A stretch of 64,000 bases of DNA from Planctomycetota bacterium (GCA_045863855.1 BTVV01000005.1:32001-96000), one strand, 5' to 3'. Shown: positions 46,649 to 56,765, numbered from the stretch's first letter. The notes: generated by a model not told the origin, from the sequence alone. Numbers and translations: made by a program.

Positions 46649-47278
46649 CTACTTCATCTCCTTGCGTTCTTTGATCACCTTGTCGACCAGCCCGTATTCG
46701 AGCGACTGGACGGCATCGAGCCAGAAATCGCGGTTCGAATCGTCTTGAATCTTGTCCGCGTCCCTGCCGGTGCATTCGGCGACGATCTCGGCGTAGCGCC
46801 GGCGCGTACGCAGGATTTCCTTCGCGGTGATCTCCATGTCGCTGGCCTGGCCGTAGCTTTGCGTCGAGGGCTGGTGCAACAGAAAGCGCGAATGCGGCAG
46901 GCAGAAGCGCTGGCCTTTCTCGCCGCCCAGGTAGATCAATACCGCCGCCGAAGCGCACAAGCCCGCGCAAATCGTGCGGATCGGACAACTGATGAAACGC
47001 ATCATGTCGTAGATGCCGAAGCCGCTGTCGGCGCTGCCACCGGGCGAATTGACGATGACCGTAATCTCTTTATCCGCGTCGTCGTGCTCCAAGTAAAGGA
47101 GCCGTGCGCAGACGCTTGCATACATCTTGTCCGAGACCGGACCTTGGACGAAGATCGTGCGCGCCTTGAGCAGTTTGCTTTCGAGCGCTTCGGGGCCTTT
47201 GCTCTTGCCCTTCTCGTCGTCTTCCTCTTCGGCCATGAGGTGCTGCCAGTTCTTCGGGTCCAGGTCGCTCACGGACAA
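46649..47278 (-). CDS. clpP: ATP-dependent Clp protease proteolytic subunit
   Basis: VNSPGG, IYDMMRFI, GLCASAA (Ser), LLHQP (His), RDFWL (Asp), YGLVD. Start at 47278 (TTG) or 47272 (GTG). Confidence 0.95.
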   Translation of the reverse strand: MSVSDLDPKNWQHLMAEEEDDEKGKSKGPEALESKLLKARTIFVQGPVSDKMYASVCARLLYLEHDDADKEITVIVNSPGGSADSGFGIYDMMRFISCPIRTICAGLCASAAVLIYLGGEKGQRFCLPHSRFLLHQPSTQSYGQASDMEITAKEILRTRRRYAEIVAECTGRDADKIQDDSNRDFWLDAVQSLEYGLVDKVIKERKEMK

Positions 47279-47589
47279 CTCCTTTAGCTTGAATCCTTTA
47301 GGTTGAAGCCGGGCGCTCTCCGCCCACCCCGATGCTTACCGGAAGAACGCGTTATCGTGCATTTTTCGAATTCGTCGCGTGGAGAACCAACCCACGCGCA
47401 CGAACCCCGCCATATCTTCAAACATCCGACCGATCCCAACGCACGTCAAGTTCCTTCCGACGTTTACGCGTACGACCGCGCCCGGAACCACTCGACCGGC
47501 GCTCCTTTCTCCAGCCCGAACCGCCGTGAAGCCACTGGCCGAGCGGCCGGTGCGCGCATAAGGTAGCGGTTCGCTTCCGGAGCGCGCGT

Positions 47590-48957
47590 ATGCCGCTGCA
47601 ACGCCTGCCGCTACAGAGTTCATCGGCCGCTGCCACGCTGCCCGAAGGCTCGATGAGCCTGGCCGGACTACCGGTCCTGCGCGCGCCGGTGGACCTGCGG
47701 CTGGCTACGCCTGCCGCTCCGGCGGCGGGGCAACTCGTGCTGGCCGTCGGCCTCGACTGCCGCTACGAAGCGGCGATCGAACTGTCCGCGCCCTGGTCCG
47801 GATGGCGCGCACGCGTGGACGCTTCGTTCGTCAGCGTGGCCCAGCGTCTCTACCTCGATGTGCCGGGCGCCGTACTGGCCGGGCTGCACCGCGAGCCGCT
47901 CACGCTCGCGGTCCAGGCTGAAGCGCCGCTGCATTTCATCGCGCCCGAAGCGGATACGCCGGGGCTGACGCCGCAGATCTTGCAAGGGCGCACGGACGAT
48001 CCTGCCTCCGCGGCGCTGGACCGCTTGGCCGAAGGCGCCGTCGCGCCTTTCGGCTGGATGGGCGGCTGCGTCACCGATGCGCTCCAGGTCCTGCATCGCG
48101 CCACCGGCGAAGCGCGCTATCTCGCGGCGCTGGATGCATTTTTCGCGCGATACCTGCACGGCTCCGACCTGGTGCACGACAGTCCGCGCAGCGTGCGCCT
48201 GGTCAACGAGCTCGAAACGATCGAGGCTTCGCTGCCCATCGCCGCTTTGGCGCGGCGGCACCCGGAGCATCCCGCCCTGGCATGCGCCACTCGGCTTTGG
48301 GCGCAGAAGCGCAAGCCCGACGGGACGGTGCGCGACCACAGCGATACGGCCGAAGCGTGCTACACCGTCGCTTACCCGATGCTGGTCCTTGGCGCGCAAC
48401 GCGGCGACGCGGATTTGATCGAAGGGGCTTGGCGGCAACTGCGCCGCCGCCGCGAAGTCCTGGTGCACGAAGGCGACCTGTACCTGCGGCATCACGAAGG
48501 CCAACGCGGTTTCCGCAATTGGACGCGGGGGATCTGCTGGTACCTGCTGGGACTGACCCGAACGCTGCTGGCCGCGCGCGAAGCCGGCTTGGCCCTACCG
48601 GAAGACTTGCGCGCGCATCTGGCCGAACGCGCCGAATGGATCGCCGTGCGCCAGCGCACCGATGGGCTTTGGGACAACTTCCTCGACGAGGACGGGCCGC
48701 CGCCCGATACCTCGGGAAGCTGCGGCATCGCCACGGCACTGATGCTGGCCTCGAAAGCCGGTTTGATCGAACGCGCATTCCGCCCGCTGGCTCTGCGCAC
48801 CTTTGCCGGAGCCTCCGAACGCTTGAAGCCCGACGGTTATCTCGGAGGCGTCGCGCCCAACAACAAGCGCGGCGAGGAAAATCAGCACACGGACCGGCGA
48901 ACCTGCGAACCTTTCGCGCTGGGCCTGTTCGGACAATTGGCGGCGGCGTTGCGGTAG
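47590..48957 (+). CDS. Glycoside hydrolase family 88/105-like protein
   Basis: FGWMGG, WTRGICWYLLGL, QRTDGLW, DTSGSCGIA, FALGLF alpha/alpha-barrel motifs. Confidence 0.72.
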   Translation: MPLQRLPLQSSSAAATLPEGSMSLAGLPVLRAPVDLRLATPAAPAAGQLVLAVGLDCRYEAAIELSAPWSGWRARVDASFVSVAQRLYLDVPGAVLAGLHREPLTLAVQAEAPLHFIAPEADTPGLTPQILQGRTDDPASAALDRLAEGAVAPFGWMGGCVTDALQVLHRATGEARYLAALDAFFARYLHGSDLVHDSPRSVRLVNELETIEASLPIAALARRHPEHPALACATRLWAQKRKPDGTVRDHSDTAEACYTVAYPMLVLGAQRGDADLIEGAWRQLRRRREVLVHEGDLYLRHHEGQRGFRNWTRGICWYLLGLTRTLLAAREAGLALPEDLRAHLAERAEWIAVRQRTDGLWDNFLDEDGPPPDTSGSCGIATALMLASKAGLIERAFRPLALRTFAGASERLKPDGYLGGVAPNNKRGEENQHTDRRTCEPFALGLFGQLAAALR

Positions 48958-49007
48958 GAATGGATCGGACTCCATACCGCTTCGTTAGAAAACATTTCCC
49001 CGGCTGC

Positions 49008-49949
49008 TTAAGGAATCGCTTTTGCGAAGACCGGCTTCAGCCGCTCGATATTTTCCTTCATCAGCTCGAAGTAATCTTTTCCGTTCAATAAGCCGCCCGG
49101 ATAGCAGACGGCGACTTCCAGTCCGAATTCGTCCTTCAAGCGCTTGGCGATTTCCGGCTTGGGTTCGGATTCCCAGACCATGTATTTCGCGGGATGTTGC
49201 TTGAGTAATGCGCGCAGATCCTGGAGCGCCTTGTCGTCCGGCATCTCGTGCGGCTCGAAATGCACGGCCCGATAGTTCCACTTATACCGGCGCGCCAGGT
49301 AGTCGAAAACGGGGTGGCTGCCGACGACCGGTACGCCGGCGTAGTCCTTCATCAGGCCGGTCCATGCCGCGTGCAACCCATCGAGCTCCGTGCTCAGACC
49401 TTCGAAGCCCGGCTTGAAATCGGCGGCGTGGCCGGGCCAGCGTTTCACCAATGCGTCGTACACCGCACGGGCCTGAATTTTGGCCTGGAGCGGGTCGAGC
49501 CAGGTGATGCCGATGAAACCGGTATGCGAGTGTTCGCCCTCCGGACCGTGGCTGTGCGTGACGGACCCGGGCAGCGGGATGAACTCGGCCTTGAAGGCGC
49601 GAGCGGTATCGACGAGTTTCGATTCGGACAGGGAAGCGCGCGCCACCCACTTGTCGTATCCGGCTCCATTGAGCAGGATCAGGTCGGCGTGCTGGTAGGC
49701 CTGGAGCGCCGCGTCGTCCGGCTGCCAGAATTCGGGATCTTCGTCGCCGGAATGCGGAAAGTGAACCTTGACCTGCCCGCCGCCGATGCGTTCGGCGAAA
49801 ACGCGCAGCGGATCGTTGGTCACGCAGATCGTATGCGCATCGGCGTCGCGCGCCTGAGTCTTGCCGGCCTCCGTCTTCCCGGAGCCGCCACAGCCCGCGA
49901 GAGCCGCGAGCACCGCCAGTGTGGCCAGGCAAAGAGCGAATCGGCTCAT
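49008..49949 (-). CDS. ZnuA/TroA-like metal-binding lipoprotein
   Basis: Lipobox LAGC; FAERIGG, ADLILLNGAG, HSHGPEGEHSH, TWLDP, SHPVFDYLARRY, YFELMKENIERL. Confidence 0.85.
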   Translation of the reverse strand: MSRFALCLATLAVLAALAGCGGSGKTEAGKTQARDADAHTICVTNDPLRVFAERIGGGQVKVHFPHSGDEDPEFWQPDDAALQAYQHADLILLNGAGYDKWVARASLSESKLVDTARAFKAEFIPLPGSVTHSHGPEGEHSHTGFIGITWLDPLQAKIQARAVYDALVKRWPGHAADFKPGFEGLSTELDGLHAAWTGLMKDYAGVPVVGSHPVFDYLARRYKWNYRAVHFEPHEMPDDKALQDLRALLKQHPAKYMVWESEPKPEIAKRLKDEFGLEVAVCYPGGLLNGKDYFELMKENIERLKPVFAKAIP

Positions 49950-49978
49950 GCAGGCGTTCCTGGTTTCTAGCGCCGCCA

Positions 49979-51154
49979 TTACGAAAGCAGCCAGCGCGAT
50001 AGCGGTGCTTCGAATGCGACCGTAAGTCCGGCGGCAGCAGCGGCCAGCAGCAGGCTTAATACAAAAACGATACCCAACTCCGCGGCCATCGCCAAGGCCA
50101 CGGTGCCGCGCCGGCAGCCCAGCCGAAAGAGCGTTTCGCGCTCACGCGCCCGCAAGCGCAGCGAAAGCCAGACCGTAAGGGCCAAAAAGCCGGCCGTCGC
50201 CAACGCCACCAGCGCGAAGTTGGCGTCGAAGAAGCGCTTGGCCTTAAAGACCAGCCCCAGCAAACCCTCGATCTCCACGGCCGGTACGCGCAACTGCACG
50301 CGCTCGTGGCGTTCGTAACGGCCGCGCAGCAGCGCCGCCGCCTTCGCGTCGGGCGGCACAACCAGGACCGCACCCAGCGGAAACGTGTCCTCGTCGCCGT
50401 GAAAATGGAAGCTCGCGATATTCGCATCGGTGATCTCGGTGTACGCGGTCAGCGCAGCGTTAGCGACGACGTTGCCGTCCTCGCGTTTCAGGATCGTTCC
50501 GGGTTCGGCACGCTTAACCACATCCGTATGCCCGTGGCCAAGGCCTTGCGCAATCCAGACGGTGCGCAGGTCGGCGAAGACGGCGTCGTCGTCGGGCGAG
50601 CCCGACGGCGCGAGCACGCCGGTGACGCGCAGCTTCAGCGGATACGCGCCGGCCAGATCGAGCACGTTCTCGGGATCGGTGAGGAGCGCGCCGCCGGGCT
50701 GGGCGCCGAGCCTGCGCGCGGCGGCGGCGCCGACGACGCAATCGCCCAGGCGCAGCGGAAGGTGCCCTTCGGCCGTCTCCAAACCGCGAAAGTAAAAGTA
50801 ATCGAGGGAAGTGCCCACCAACGGCGCGCCTTGAGCCGTGAAGCGCGCATAGAGCGGAATGGCGAGGCCGAGTTCCTCTTCGCGCAGCTTTCTCGCATCG
50901 CCGGCCTGCAAACCCGGCGGCGCCGCGCCGCGGAAATAAAGCGCGTGGAGCACGAGGTCGTAGCGACTGCCCCGCGCGCCGGCCACCAGCGGCGTGGATT
51001 GCGCCCGCGCCATCAACCGTTCCGAATAGCGTTGCATCAGCACCTGTACGGCCAGCGGCAATCCCAACGTCAGCGTGACGCTGGCCACCAGCAGCACGGT
51101 CTGAAGCCGGTGGTGAAGCACGTATCGCCAAGCGAGAAAGAGCGGGCCGCTCAT
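49979..51154 (-). CDS. MacB/FtsX-like ABC transporter permease
   Basis: LAWRYVLHHR + TM; large extracytoplasmic domain (VGTSLDYF, VTGVLAPSGSPDD); three C-terminal TMs, RERETLFRLG. Confidence 0.82.
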   Translation of the reverse strand: MSGPLFLAWRYVLHHRLQTVLLVASVTLTLGLPLAVQVLMQRYSERLMARAQSTPLVAGARGSRYDLVLHALYFRGAAPPGLQAGDARKLREEELGLAIPLYARFTAQGAPLVGTSLDYFYFRGLETAEGHLPLRLGDCVVGAAAARRLGAQPGGALLTDPENVLDLAGAYPLKLRVTGVLAPSGSPDDDAVFADLRTVWIAQGLGHGHTDVVKRAEPGTILKREDGNVVANAALTAYTEITDANIASFHFHGDEDTFPLGAVLVVPPDAKAAALLRGRYERHERVQLRVPAVEIEGLLGLVFKAKRFFDANFALVALATAGFLALTVWLSLRLRARERETLFRLGCRRGTVALAMAAELGIVFVLSLLLAAAAAGLTVAFEAPLSRWLLS

Positions 51155-51816
51155 GCGCGCGCACTCCCGGCCACCGCGCCGAGATCGACGACGCGCGGGA
51201 AACGCTCCAGCAGGCTGCGGTCATGCGTGACCGCAATCAGCGTCGCGTTGCGCTCGCGGCCCAGACGCAGAAGCAGGTCGAGCGCTTGCTGCCCCGAGGC
51301 CGGGTCCAGATTGCCGGTGGGTTCGTCGGCCAGAATCAAGGCCGGCTGGGCGATCAGGGCGCGGCAGAGCGCGACGCGCTGGCGTTCGCCTTGCGAAAGC
51401 GCGTCGACGCGGCGGCGGAGCTTGTCCTGCAAGCCAACCTCGGAGGCCAGCGCGCGAACCGCTTCGAGCGGCGGCAGAGCGCCGAGGCTGGGGTTAATCC
51501 GGTACGGCAGGCGGATGTTCTCGGCCACGTCGAGGTAATCGAGCAATTCGAAGGTCTGAAAGACGAAGCCGATGCGCTGCGCCCGAAAGTCACGCCGCGC
51601 CGCGTCGTTCAGGCCGGTCAGTTCGCGGCCGTCGACGCGAATCGTGCCGCGCTGCGGTGACGCGATCCCCGCCAGCAGGTTCAAGAGCGTCGATTTACCG
51701 GAACCGCTGGGGCCGATCACCGCGACGGCTTCGCCCGCAGCCGCGTCGAAGGCGGGGAGTTCCAGCGCCCAGGTTTCGCCCGGATACGCGAAGCGTACGC
51801 CGCGCAATTCGATCAT
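51151..51816 (-). CDS. LolD/MacB-type ABC ATP-binding protein
   Basis: GPSGSGKST, IGFVFQTFELL, LSQGERQRVA, ILADEPTGNLD, VTHD. Confidence 0.95.
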   Translation of the reverse strand: MIELRGVRFAYPGETWALELPAFDAAAGEAVAVIGPSGSGKSTLLNLLAGIASPQRGTIRVDGRELTGLNDAARRDFRAQRIGFVFQTFELLDYLDVAENIRLPYRINPSLGALPPLEAVRALASEVGLQDKLRRRVDALSQGERQRVALCRALIAQPALILADEPTGNLDPASGQQALDLLLRLGRERNATLIAVTHDRSLLERFPRVVDLGAVAGSARA

Positions 51817-53621
51817 GGCGCGGGCTCCGATTTACGAACGGCCTGCGGGCGGCGCAGGTAGGTCTCGTCGCGCACGCGCTCTTGGCGTCCGACTTGCATC
51901 GCCACGATCTTCCAACGCCCCTCGCGCGGTTCGATCCGGAAGCGAGCCGCGTAGGCGTTGGCCCGCGCATGGACGTGCCCCCAGTGTTCGACAGTGCCTT
52001 CCACCGTCCAGTTCGCTTCGACCTCGAAGGCGGCGCTTTCCGGTTGGGGCCAAATGGGCGCGGCGTTCTGCACCTCCACCCGAACGATCTTCGCGCGCGC
52101 GCCGCCCTGTTCTTGAATGGTCAGGCTTTCGTGCACCTGCAAATACAGGGTGGTCAGCAGGTCTCCGGCGACGCTCTTTTCGAGCGCGTCGTAGATCTCG
52201 CTCTCGTCGCGATAGTCGAACGCGCGATACAAGTTGCCGTGCAAGGTCTGGAAGATCGCGCGCGCGGCTTCGGCCGTGGGTTTGCGCACACCCGATCCGC
52301 CGGCGAAGGGCGTATCCCACCAAGCGAAGGGCAAACAGCCCGCCGCGCCGACGGCCAGCACACTTAACCAAAGCGCGGCCGGGAGCCTGCGGCGGCGCGC
52401 CAGGCGCACGATGCCCAGCAGCGCGAGCAGCCCCGCGGCGGCCAAGGCGATCAAGGGCAAGCGCAGCGGTTCGGGTGCTTCGGTTTGCACTTCCACGATG
52501 CGCGCCCACTCGCGGCCTTCGGGCGCCGTCCAGACGAAGCCGGGCTCCTTTGGCGTGAAGCGATGGGCGCTCACATCCTCGCCTTCGAAGACTTGCGTGT
52601 ACACCTCCGTCAGTTTGGTGTCGAAAAGCGGCCAAGCCAGGCGCAATTCCCGCAGACCGCTTTTTGCGCCGTAGGCGAGCAGCACGCTGACGCGGGTGAG
52701 CGGCGCGACCACATCCTGGCGCGCGTCGATGGCCGCCAGATCCTTGAAGCGCGTGGAGAGAAACTGAATTTGCCGGATCTCGGGCGCGACTTCGAGCCCG
52801 TTCACGGTCGCGGAAAGGCGAGCTTCGAGGAACGCTTCGAGCGCCGGGCGCGCGGCGTCCTGTTCGGCGACGGTGAGCAGTCCGAATTCGGCGCGCGGAA
52901 TCTCGTGGAAACGCTCCAGCAGATACAACGGCAGGAGCAGTTCGTGGCGCACTTCGAAATCGTCGAGGTACAGGAAACTGTAGACGCTTTCGACGGCGCT
53001 GAACTCGTCGGCGACCCCGTCGCCTTCGAGCGCGGGCTTGGGCTTCTCGGTCAGGTACGAAGGCTTCCCGCCGTCCCACGAGAAGCCCAGCGTCAGCACG
53101 CGCCCCTTGCCGACGGCCAGGGCCTTCGACCACGGAAAGCCTTCCTGCTGCACGGTCAATTCGACCACCGAAGGAAGCACGTCGGTGCCGCCGATCGTTT
53201 GACCGAAAGCCAGGCCGTCGGGCGGAGCTTCGAGCTTGTAATAAAACGTGTACGTGACTACGAAGGCCATCATCCGGCCGAAGGGCAGTCCGTCCGGCGG
53301 AAACGGATCGTGCTCCAAGGTGACGAACTGCCCTTCGAGCTTGCGACCGTCCGGCAGCAGCAGCGCGATGGCGTCGAGCAGGTATTGGCGGTGTTTGTCG
53401 CGGGCTTCGAGGAAGGTGCTTTCGATCAGTTTGCCGCCGGGAAGGTTGCCGGCGTGGATCAAGTAGTAGTCCTCGGCCATGACTTTTACGGTGAGCGTGA
53501 TGCCGTCCCGCGCGACCTTCATTTCGGCCCAGGAGACCGAGAACGGATGCGCGTGCGACCGCCGCGCGGAGACGGACAGCAGCAGGCAAAGCACGATCCA
53601 AGCGCTCGGGCGTAGCCTCAT
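51813..53621 (-). CDS. Exported/membrane hypothetical protein of the ABC operon
   Basis: Signal peptide ending SHA|HPFS; two TMs near the C-terminus; C-domain with HWGHVH; ATGA overlap with the ATPase. Confidence 0.75.
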   Translation of the reverse strand: MRLRPSAWIVLCLLLSVSARRSHAHPFSVSWAEMKVARDGITLTVKVMAEDYYLIHAGNLPGGKLIESTFLEARDKHRQYLLDAIALLLPDGRKLEGQFVTLEHDPFPPDGLPFGRMMAFVVTYTFYYKLEAPPDGLAFGQTIGGTDVLPSVVELTVQQEGFPWSKALAVGKGRVLTLGFSWDGGKPSYLTEKPKPALEGDGVADEFSAVESVYSFLYLDDFEVRHELLLPLYLLERFHEIPRAEFGLLTVAEQDAARPALEAFLEARLSATVNGLEVAPEIRQIQFLSTRFKDLAAIDARQDVVAPLTRVSVLLAYGAKSGLRELRLAWPLFDTKLTEVYTQVFEGEDVSAHRFTPKEPGFVWTAPEGREWARIVEVQTEAPEPLRLPLIALAAAGLLALLGIVRLARRRRLPAALWLSVLAVGAAGCLPFAWWDTPFAGGSGVRKPTAEAARAIFQTLHGNLYRAFDYRDESEIYDALEKSVAGDLLTTLYLQVHESLTIQEQGGARAKIVRVEVQNAAPIWPQPESAAFEVEANWTVEGTVEHWGHVHARANAYAARFRIEPREGRWKIVAMQVGRQERVRDETYLRRPQAVRKSEPAP

Positions 53622-53712
53622 GGCGTACGGAAGATACGCCGCTGCGGCGCGGACGGCTATGCCGAATCGAGCGTCCCTCGCGGTAGAGCGCTCGAACAGG
53701 TATGCTTAAGGC

Positions 53713-54468
53713 ATGAGTAGCGGGCACGATTCCGCCGCGTTGCCGTTGAACGCCTCCTTGGAAAAGCCGCCGTCCGAGCTTGCGCCGGAGGCGCGGCTTC
53801 CGTTTCGCGGCTTCAAACACTGGGGCGGTCCGTTGGCCGGTTTATCGGCCGGCGCGCTGGCGGTGCTGGTGGCGTGGATCGATCCGAATACGCCCTTCCT
53901 GGCGGTGGGTTTGTGCGTCCTCGGCGCGCTGAACGCCTACCTGCTTTCGCTGATCAATAAATCGCTCATCGGTTCGATCGTGGCAGTGCTGGGCGGATTT
54001 GCCGTGGGCTTGGTGGGCGTGGGCCTGCCGACCTTCCTGGCCGACCTGGATGCTGGCGCCGACGATCTGGCGCAGCGCGTCATGGTTCCGGTTCTGCTCT
54101 TTTTTGCCCCGATTCTGGTCGGCACCGGACCGTTGCTCCTGGCGATGCTCTTTCAGATCGACCGGCCACGCGGTTTCCTGGTGCGGCTGCTGCTGGGCAC
54201 GGCTGCTGGGCTGCTGGCCGCGATCTGCGGTCTGGTGGTCTACGGGATGCTCGATTCGCTTTTCGATGCCCTCCCGGATGGCCTGATCAGCGTCGCGGCC
54301 TTCACCGCGGCCAACTACGTGCTCTTCCGGCTCCAAGTTCTGTGTCTGATCGAGTCGGCCGGCGGCGACAACGTGCTCCGGCCCGGCTACGTCGATCCGG
54401 CCGATGACGCCCCGGCAAGTGCGCCCCCTCCGTCGGCCTCGGCCGCTCAAGCCGACGACGAGCCTTGA
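53713..54468 (+). CDS. Hypothetical multi-pass membrane protein
   Basis: About 6 hydrophobic segments; precedes DUF309 by 10 nt. Confidence 0.7.
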   Translation: MSSGHDSAALPLNASLEKPPSELAPEARLPFRGFKHWGGPLAGLSAGALAVLVAWIDPNTPFLAVGLCVLGALNAYLLSLINKSLIGSIVAVLGGFAVGLVGVGLPTFLADLDAGADDLAQRVMVPVLLFFAPILVGTGPLLLAMLFQIDRPRGFLVRLLLGTAAGLLAAICGLVVYGMLDSLFDALPDGLISVAAFTAANYVLFRLQVLCLIESAGGDNVLRPGYVDPADDAPASAPPPSASAAQADDEP

Positions 54469-54478
54469 ACGGAAAGCC

Positions 54479-54925
54479 ATGAGCGATCCAGGATATTTGC
54501 CCGGTTACACGAAAGGCGTGTGGCTCTTTAATGAGCGCTACTTCTTCGAGTGCCACGAGATTCTAGAACTACTTTGGCTCGAGTCGGTGGGCTACGAGAA
54601 GACGCATTACCAGGCGCTCATTCATGGGGCGGTCTGTTTCGTGCACTGGGAAAATGGGAACCGCAAAGGCGTACTCTCGCTTTACCGTACCTTTCGCCAG
54701 AAGGCCGAATCGCTTCCAGGCGCTTGGTTTATGGGGGTGCACCTGGCGCAGTTGGTGGCCGATATGAGCGTGCTGGTGGAGCCCTATCGCAACGATCCCG
54801 ATCTGCCACTCGCACCCTTTGCAACGCTGCGCACACCGCGGATGGAAGTCCAAGGTTTCGAACCCACCCCGGTGGACGAGGCGGAACTCCTGATTTTAGG
54901 CCGCCACGAAGCGGATGAGTCGTAG
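54479..54925 (+). CDS. DUF309 domain protein
   Basis: GVWLFNERYFFECHEILELLW...YQALIHGAVCFVHWENGN. Confidence 0.88.
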   Translation: MSDPGYLPGYTKGVWLFNERYFFECHEILELLWLESVGYEKTHYQALIHGAVCFVHWENGNRKGVLSLYRTFRQKAESLPGAWFMGVHLAQLVADMSVLVEPYRNDPDLPLAPFATLRTPRMEVQGFEPTPVDEAELLILGRHEADES

Positions 54926-55117
54926 GCCTCGGCAGCAATTTCAGGCGAACAGACCTCTGAATCGGTATGCCATCGGCTCGTCCATCCCTAAAATGCCCGA
55001 GGTGCACGCGGCGCTTCGTAAAAAGGCACGAAATCGTCGGAAAGTAGATATCCTTCGGGCCTGAATTACGTGTCTCAGTAGAAGATGAACCGGGAAACCG
55101 TTCGATCATGAGGAGTC

Positions 55118-55145
55118 TTGACACGCGAGGCCAGCATTTTAACAT
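55118..55145 (+). promoter_or_regulatory. Putative sigma70 promoter
   Basis: TTGACA-N16-TAACAT about 90 nt upstream of ATG 55235. Confidence 0.5.
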
Positions 55146-55234
55146 GGTGCAACTCGTGTGGATCGGACTTTAGGCTAAGTACTTGTAATGACTTGTATGC
55201 TATGACTGTAAACCATCGGTTGGGAGATCGGGGC

Positions 55235-56662
55235 ATGGGCGCGGTACAAAAGGCTTTGGGAATCTGCTTGGTGTTGGGGCTTGGCCTGTGCGCAACCGGT
55301 TGGGCGGCGGAGAGTATTACGCTGAAGTTCCCCGGCGGCTCGGCGCGCGGCGAGGTCGTTAAGGTCACGAATAGCGAAGTAGTGCTTAAAAACAGCGCAG
55401 GCAAGGAACAGATCATCCCCGCGGCGATGCTGGAACCGAAGGATCTGCTGCATTGCCGCAAGCAGATTCTCGATCCGAAGGACGCTAAGGGACACTTCGA
55501 ACTAGGCGAGTTCTGCCTCAAGAAGAACTTGAAAGAGCAAGCCAAAGAGTTGCTCACGCAGGCTTCGACGCTCGATCCGGCGGCTTACAAACTGAAGGTC
55601 GAGGAACTGCTGGGCGCGAAGCCGGAAACGCCGCCGGCGGAAGTCGCTCAGAAGCCCGAAGAGAAGCAGCCCGAAAAGGAAGCTCCGAAAACGGCCGACC
55701 CGGAGAAAAAGGACGGCGACGGCGAATGGATCGAAGTGCGCGGGCCGAACGGTCAGATCTTCAAGATTCCCGCCAACCTGATGGCCAACCAGGAAGATAT
55801 CGCGCCGAAGAAGCCGGACGAATGGGAAAAGTTCAAGACCGACCGGCTGCAGGAGCTCAAGCGCGTCTGCGGCGGGGACTGGAAGGTCGAAGAGACGGCG
55901 CATTATTGCCTCTTCAACAACCTCGATCCGAAGGACTACGAAGCGCTGAAGGTGCAGTGCGAAGGGCTGTACGGCTTCCTGAAGGAAGTGATGGACTATA
56001 AGGAAGGCGATCCGCTCTGGAACAACAAGTGCCCCGTCTACTTCATCAAGACGCGCAACCAGTTCCTGCAGTTCGCGTCGCAGATCGACCGAGCGCCCGG
56101 CGCCGCGAACTCGGGCGGCTATTTCCGCCACCGCGGGCGCGAAGTTCATATCGTGATTCCGCTGTACGATTGGATGAACGGGAAGCAGAAGATCGAGACG
56201 GCCACCAGCACGCTGTACCACGAAGGCACGCACGCCTTCCTGCAACTCGTGGGTAAGAATACGCAGTTGAACTCGTGGCTGCACGAAGGCATGGCGCAGT
56301 TCATCGAGTTCCTGTGCATGGAGCGCTACACGGGCAGTAACAACTTGGGCGACCGCAACCGCGCGGTGGGCATCCTGCGCCAGGCCGTACGAGACGGCGA
56401 TGTGATCAGTTGGTACGAAGGCCGGCAGCGGCCGATGGGCGGCGGCGACCACCCCGGCTACGCCTTCGCCTGGTCGCGCTTCCACTTCCTGTACACCTGC
56501 TTCCGCAGCAATCCGCGGGCGTTGCCGACCATGATCAACGCGATCAAGGACGGCAAGTCCGAAGAGGAGGCGATGAAAGCGGCCTTCGCGAAGTCGTACG
56601 ACGAGTTGGAGCAGGGTTATCGGGTCTGGATGGAACAGGCGTCCAAAAATAACTTCAAATAG
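55235..56662 (+). CDS. Exported HExxH metallopeptidase-like protein (DUF1570/MA-clan-like)
   Basis: Signal peptide; SHD1-like beta N-domain; TLYHEGTHAFL...WLHEGMAQF; YAFAWS. Confidence 0.78.
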   Translation: MGAVQKALGICLVLGLGLCATGWAAESITLKFPGGSARGEVVKVTNSEVVLKNSAGKEQIIPAAMLEPKDLLHCRKQILDPKDAKGHFELGEFCLKKNLKEQAKELLTQASTLDPAAYKLKVEELLGAKPETPPAEVAQKPEEKQPEKEAPKTADPEKKDGDGEWIEVRGPNGQIFKIPANLMANQEDIAPKKPDEWEKFKTDRLQELKRVCGGDWKVEETAHYCLFNNLDPKDYEALKVQCEGLYGFLKEVMDYKEGDPLWNNKCPVYFIKTRNQFLQFASQIDRAPGAANSGGYFRHRGREVHIVIPLYDWMNGKQKIETATSTLYHEGTHAFLQLVGKNTQLNSWLHEGMAQFIEFLCMERYTGSNNLGDRNRAVGILRQAVRDGDVISWYEGRQRPMGGGDHPGYAFAWSRFHFLYTCFRSNPRALPTMINAIKDGKSEEEAMKAAFAKSYDELEQGYRVWMEQASKNNFK

Positions 56663-56735
56663 GCTGGAAACGCCGGCGCGAATATCGGGCAAAAGCGCTC
56701 TGGACCTCGTCTCGCATTCTGTGCTACAACCTGCC

Positions 56736-56765
56736 CCGGCTCCCTGAATGTGCGGGAGCCGGTTT
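56736..56765 (+). terminator. Hairpin, possible terminator or 5' UTR stem
   Basis: CCGGCTCCC-N9-GGGAGCCGG followed by only TTT. Confidence 0.35.

Noticed and set aside
47300..47585. Possible RNase P RNA, tmRNA or SRP RNA
   Set aside because: No GAGGAAAGTCC or tRNA-like ends found on either strand
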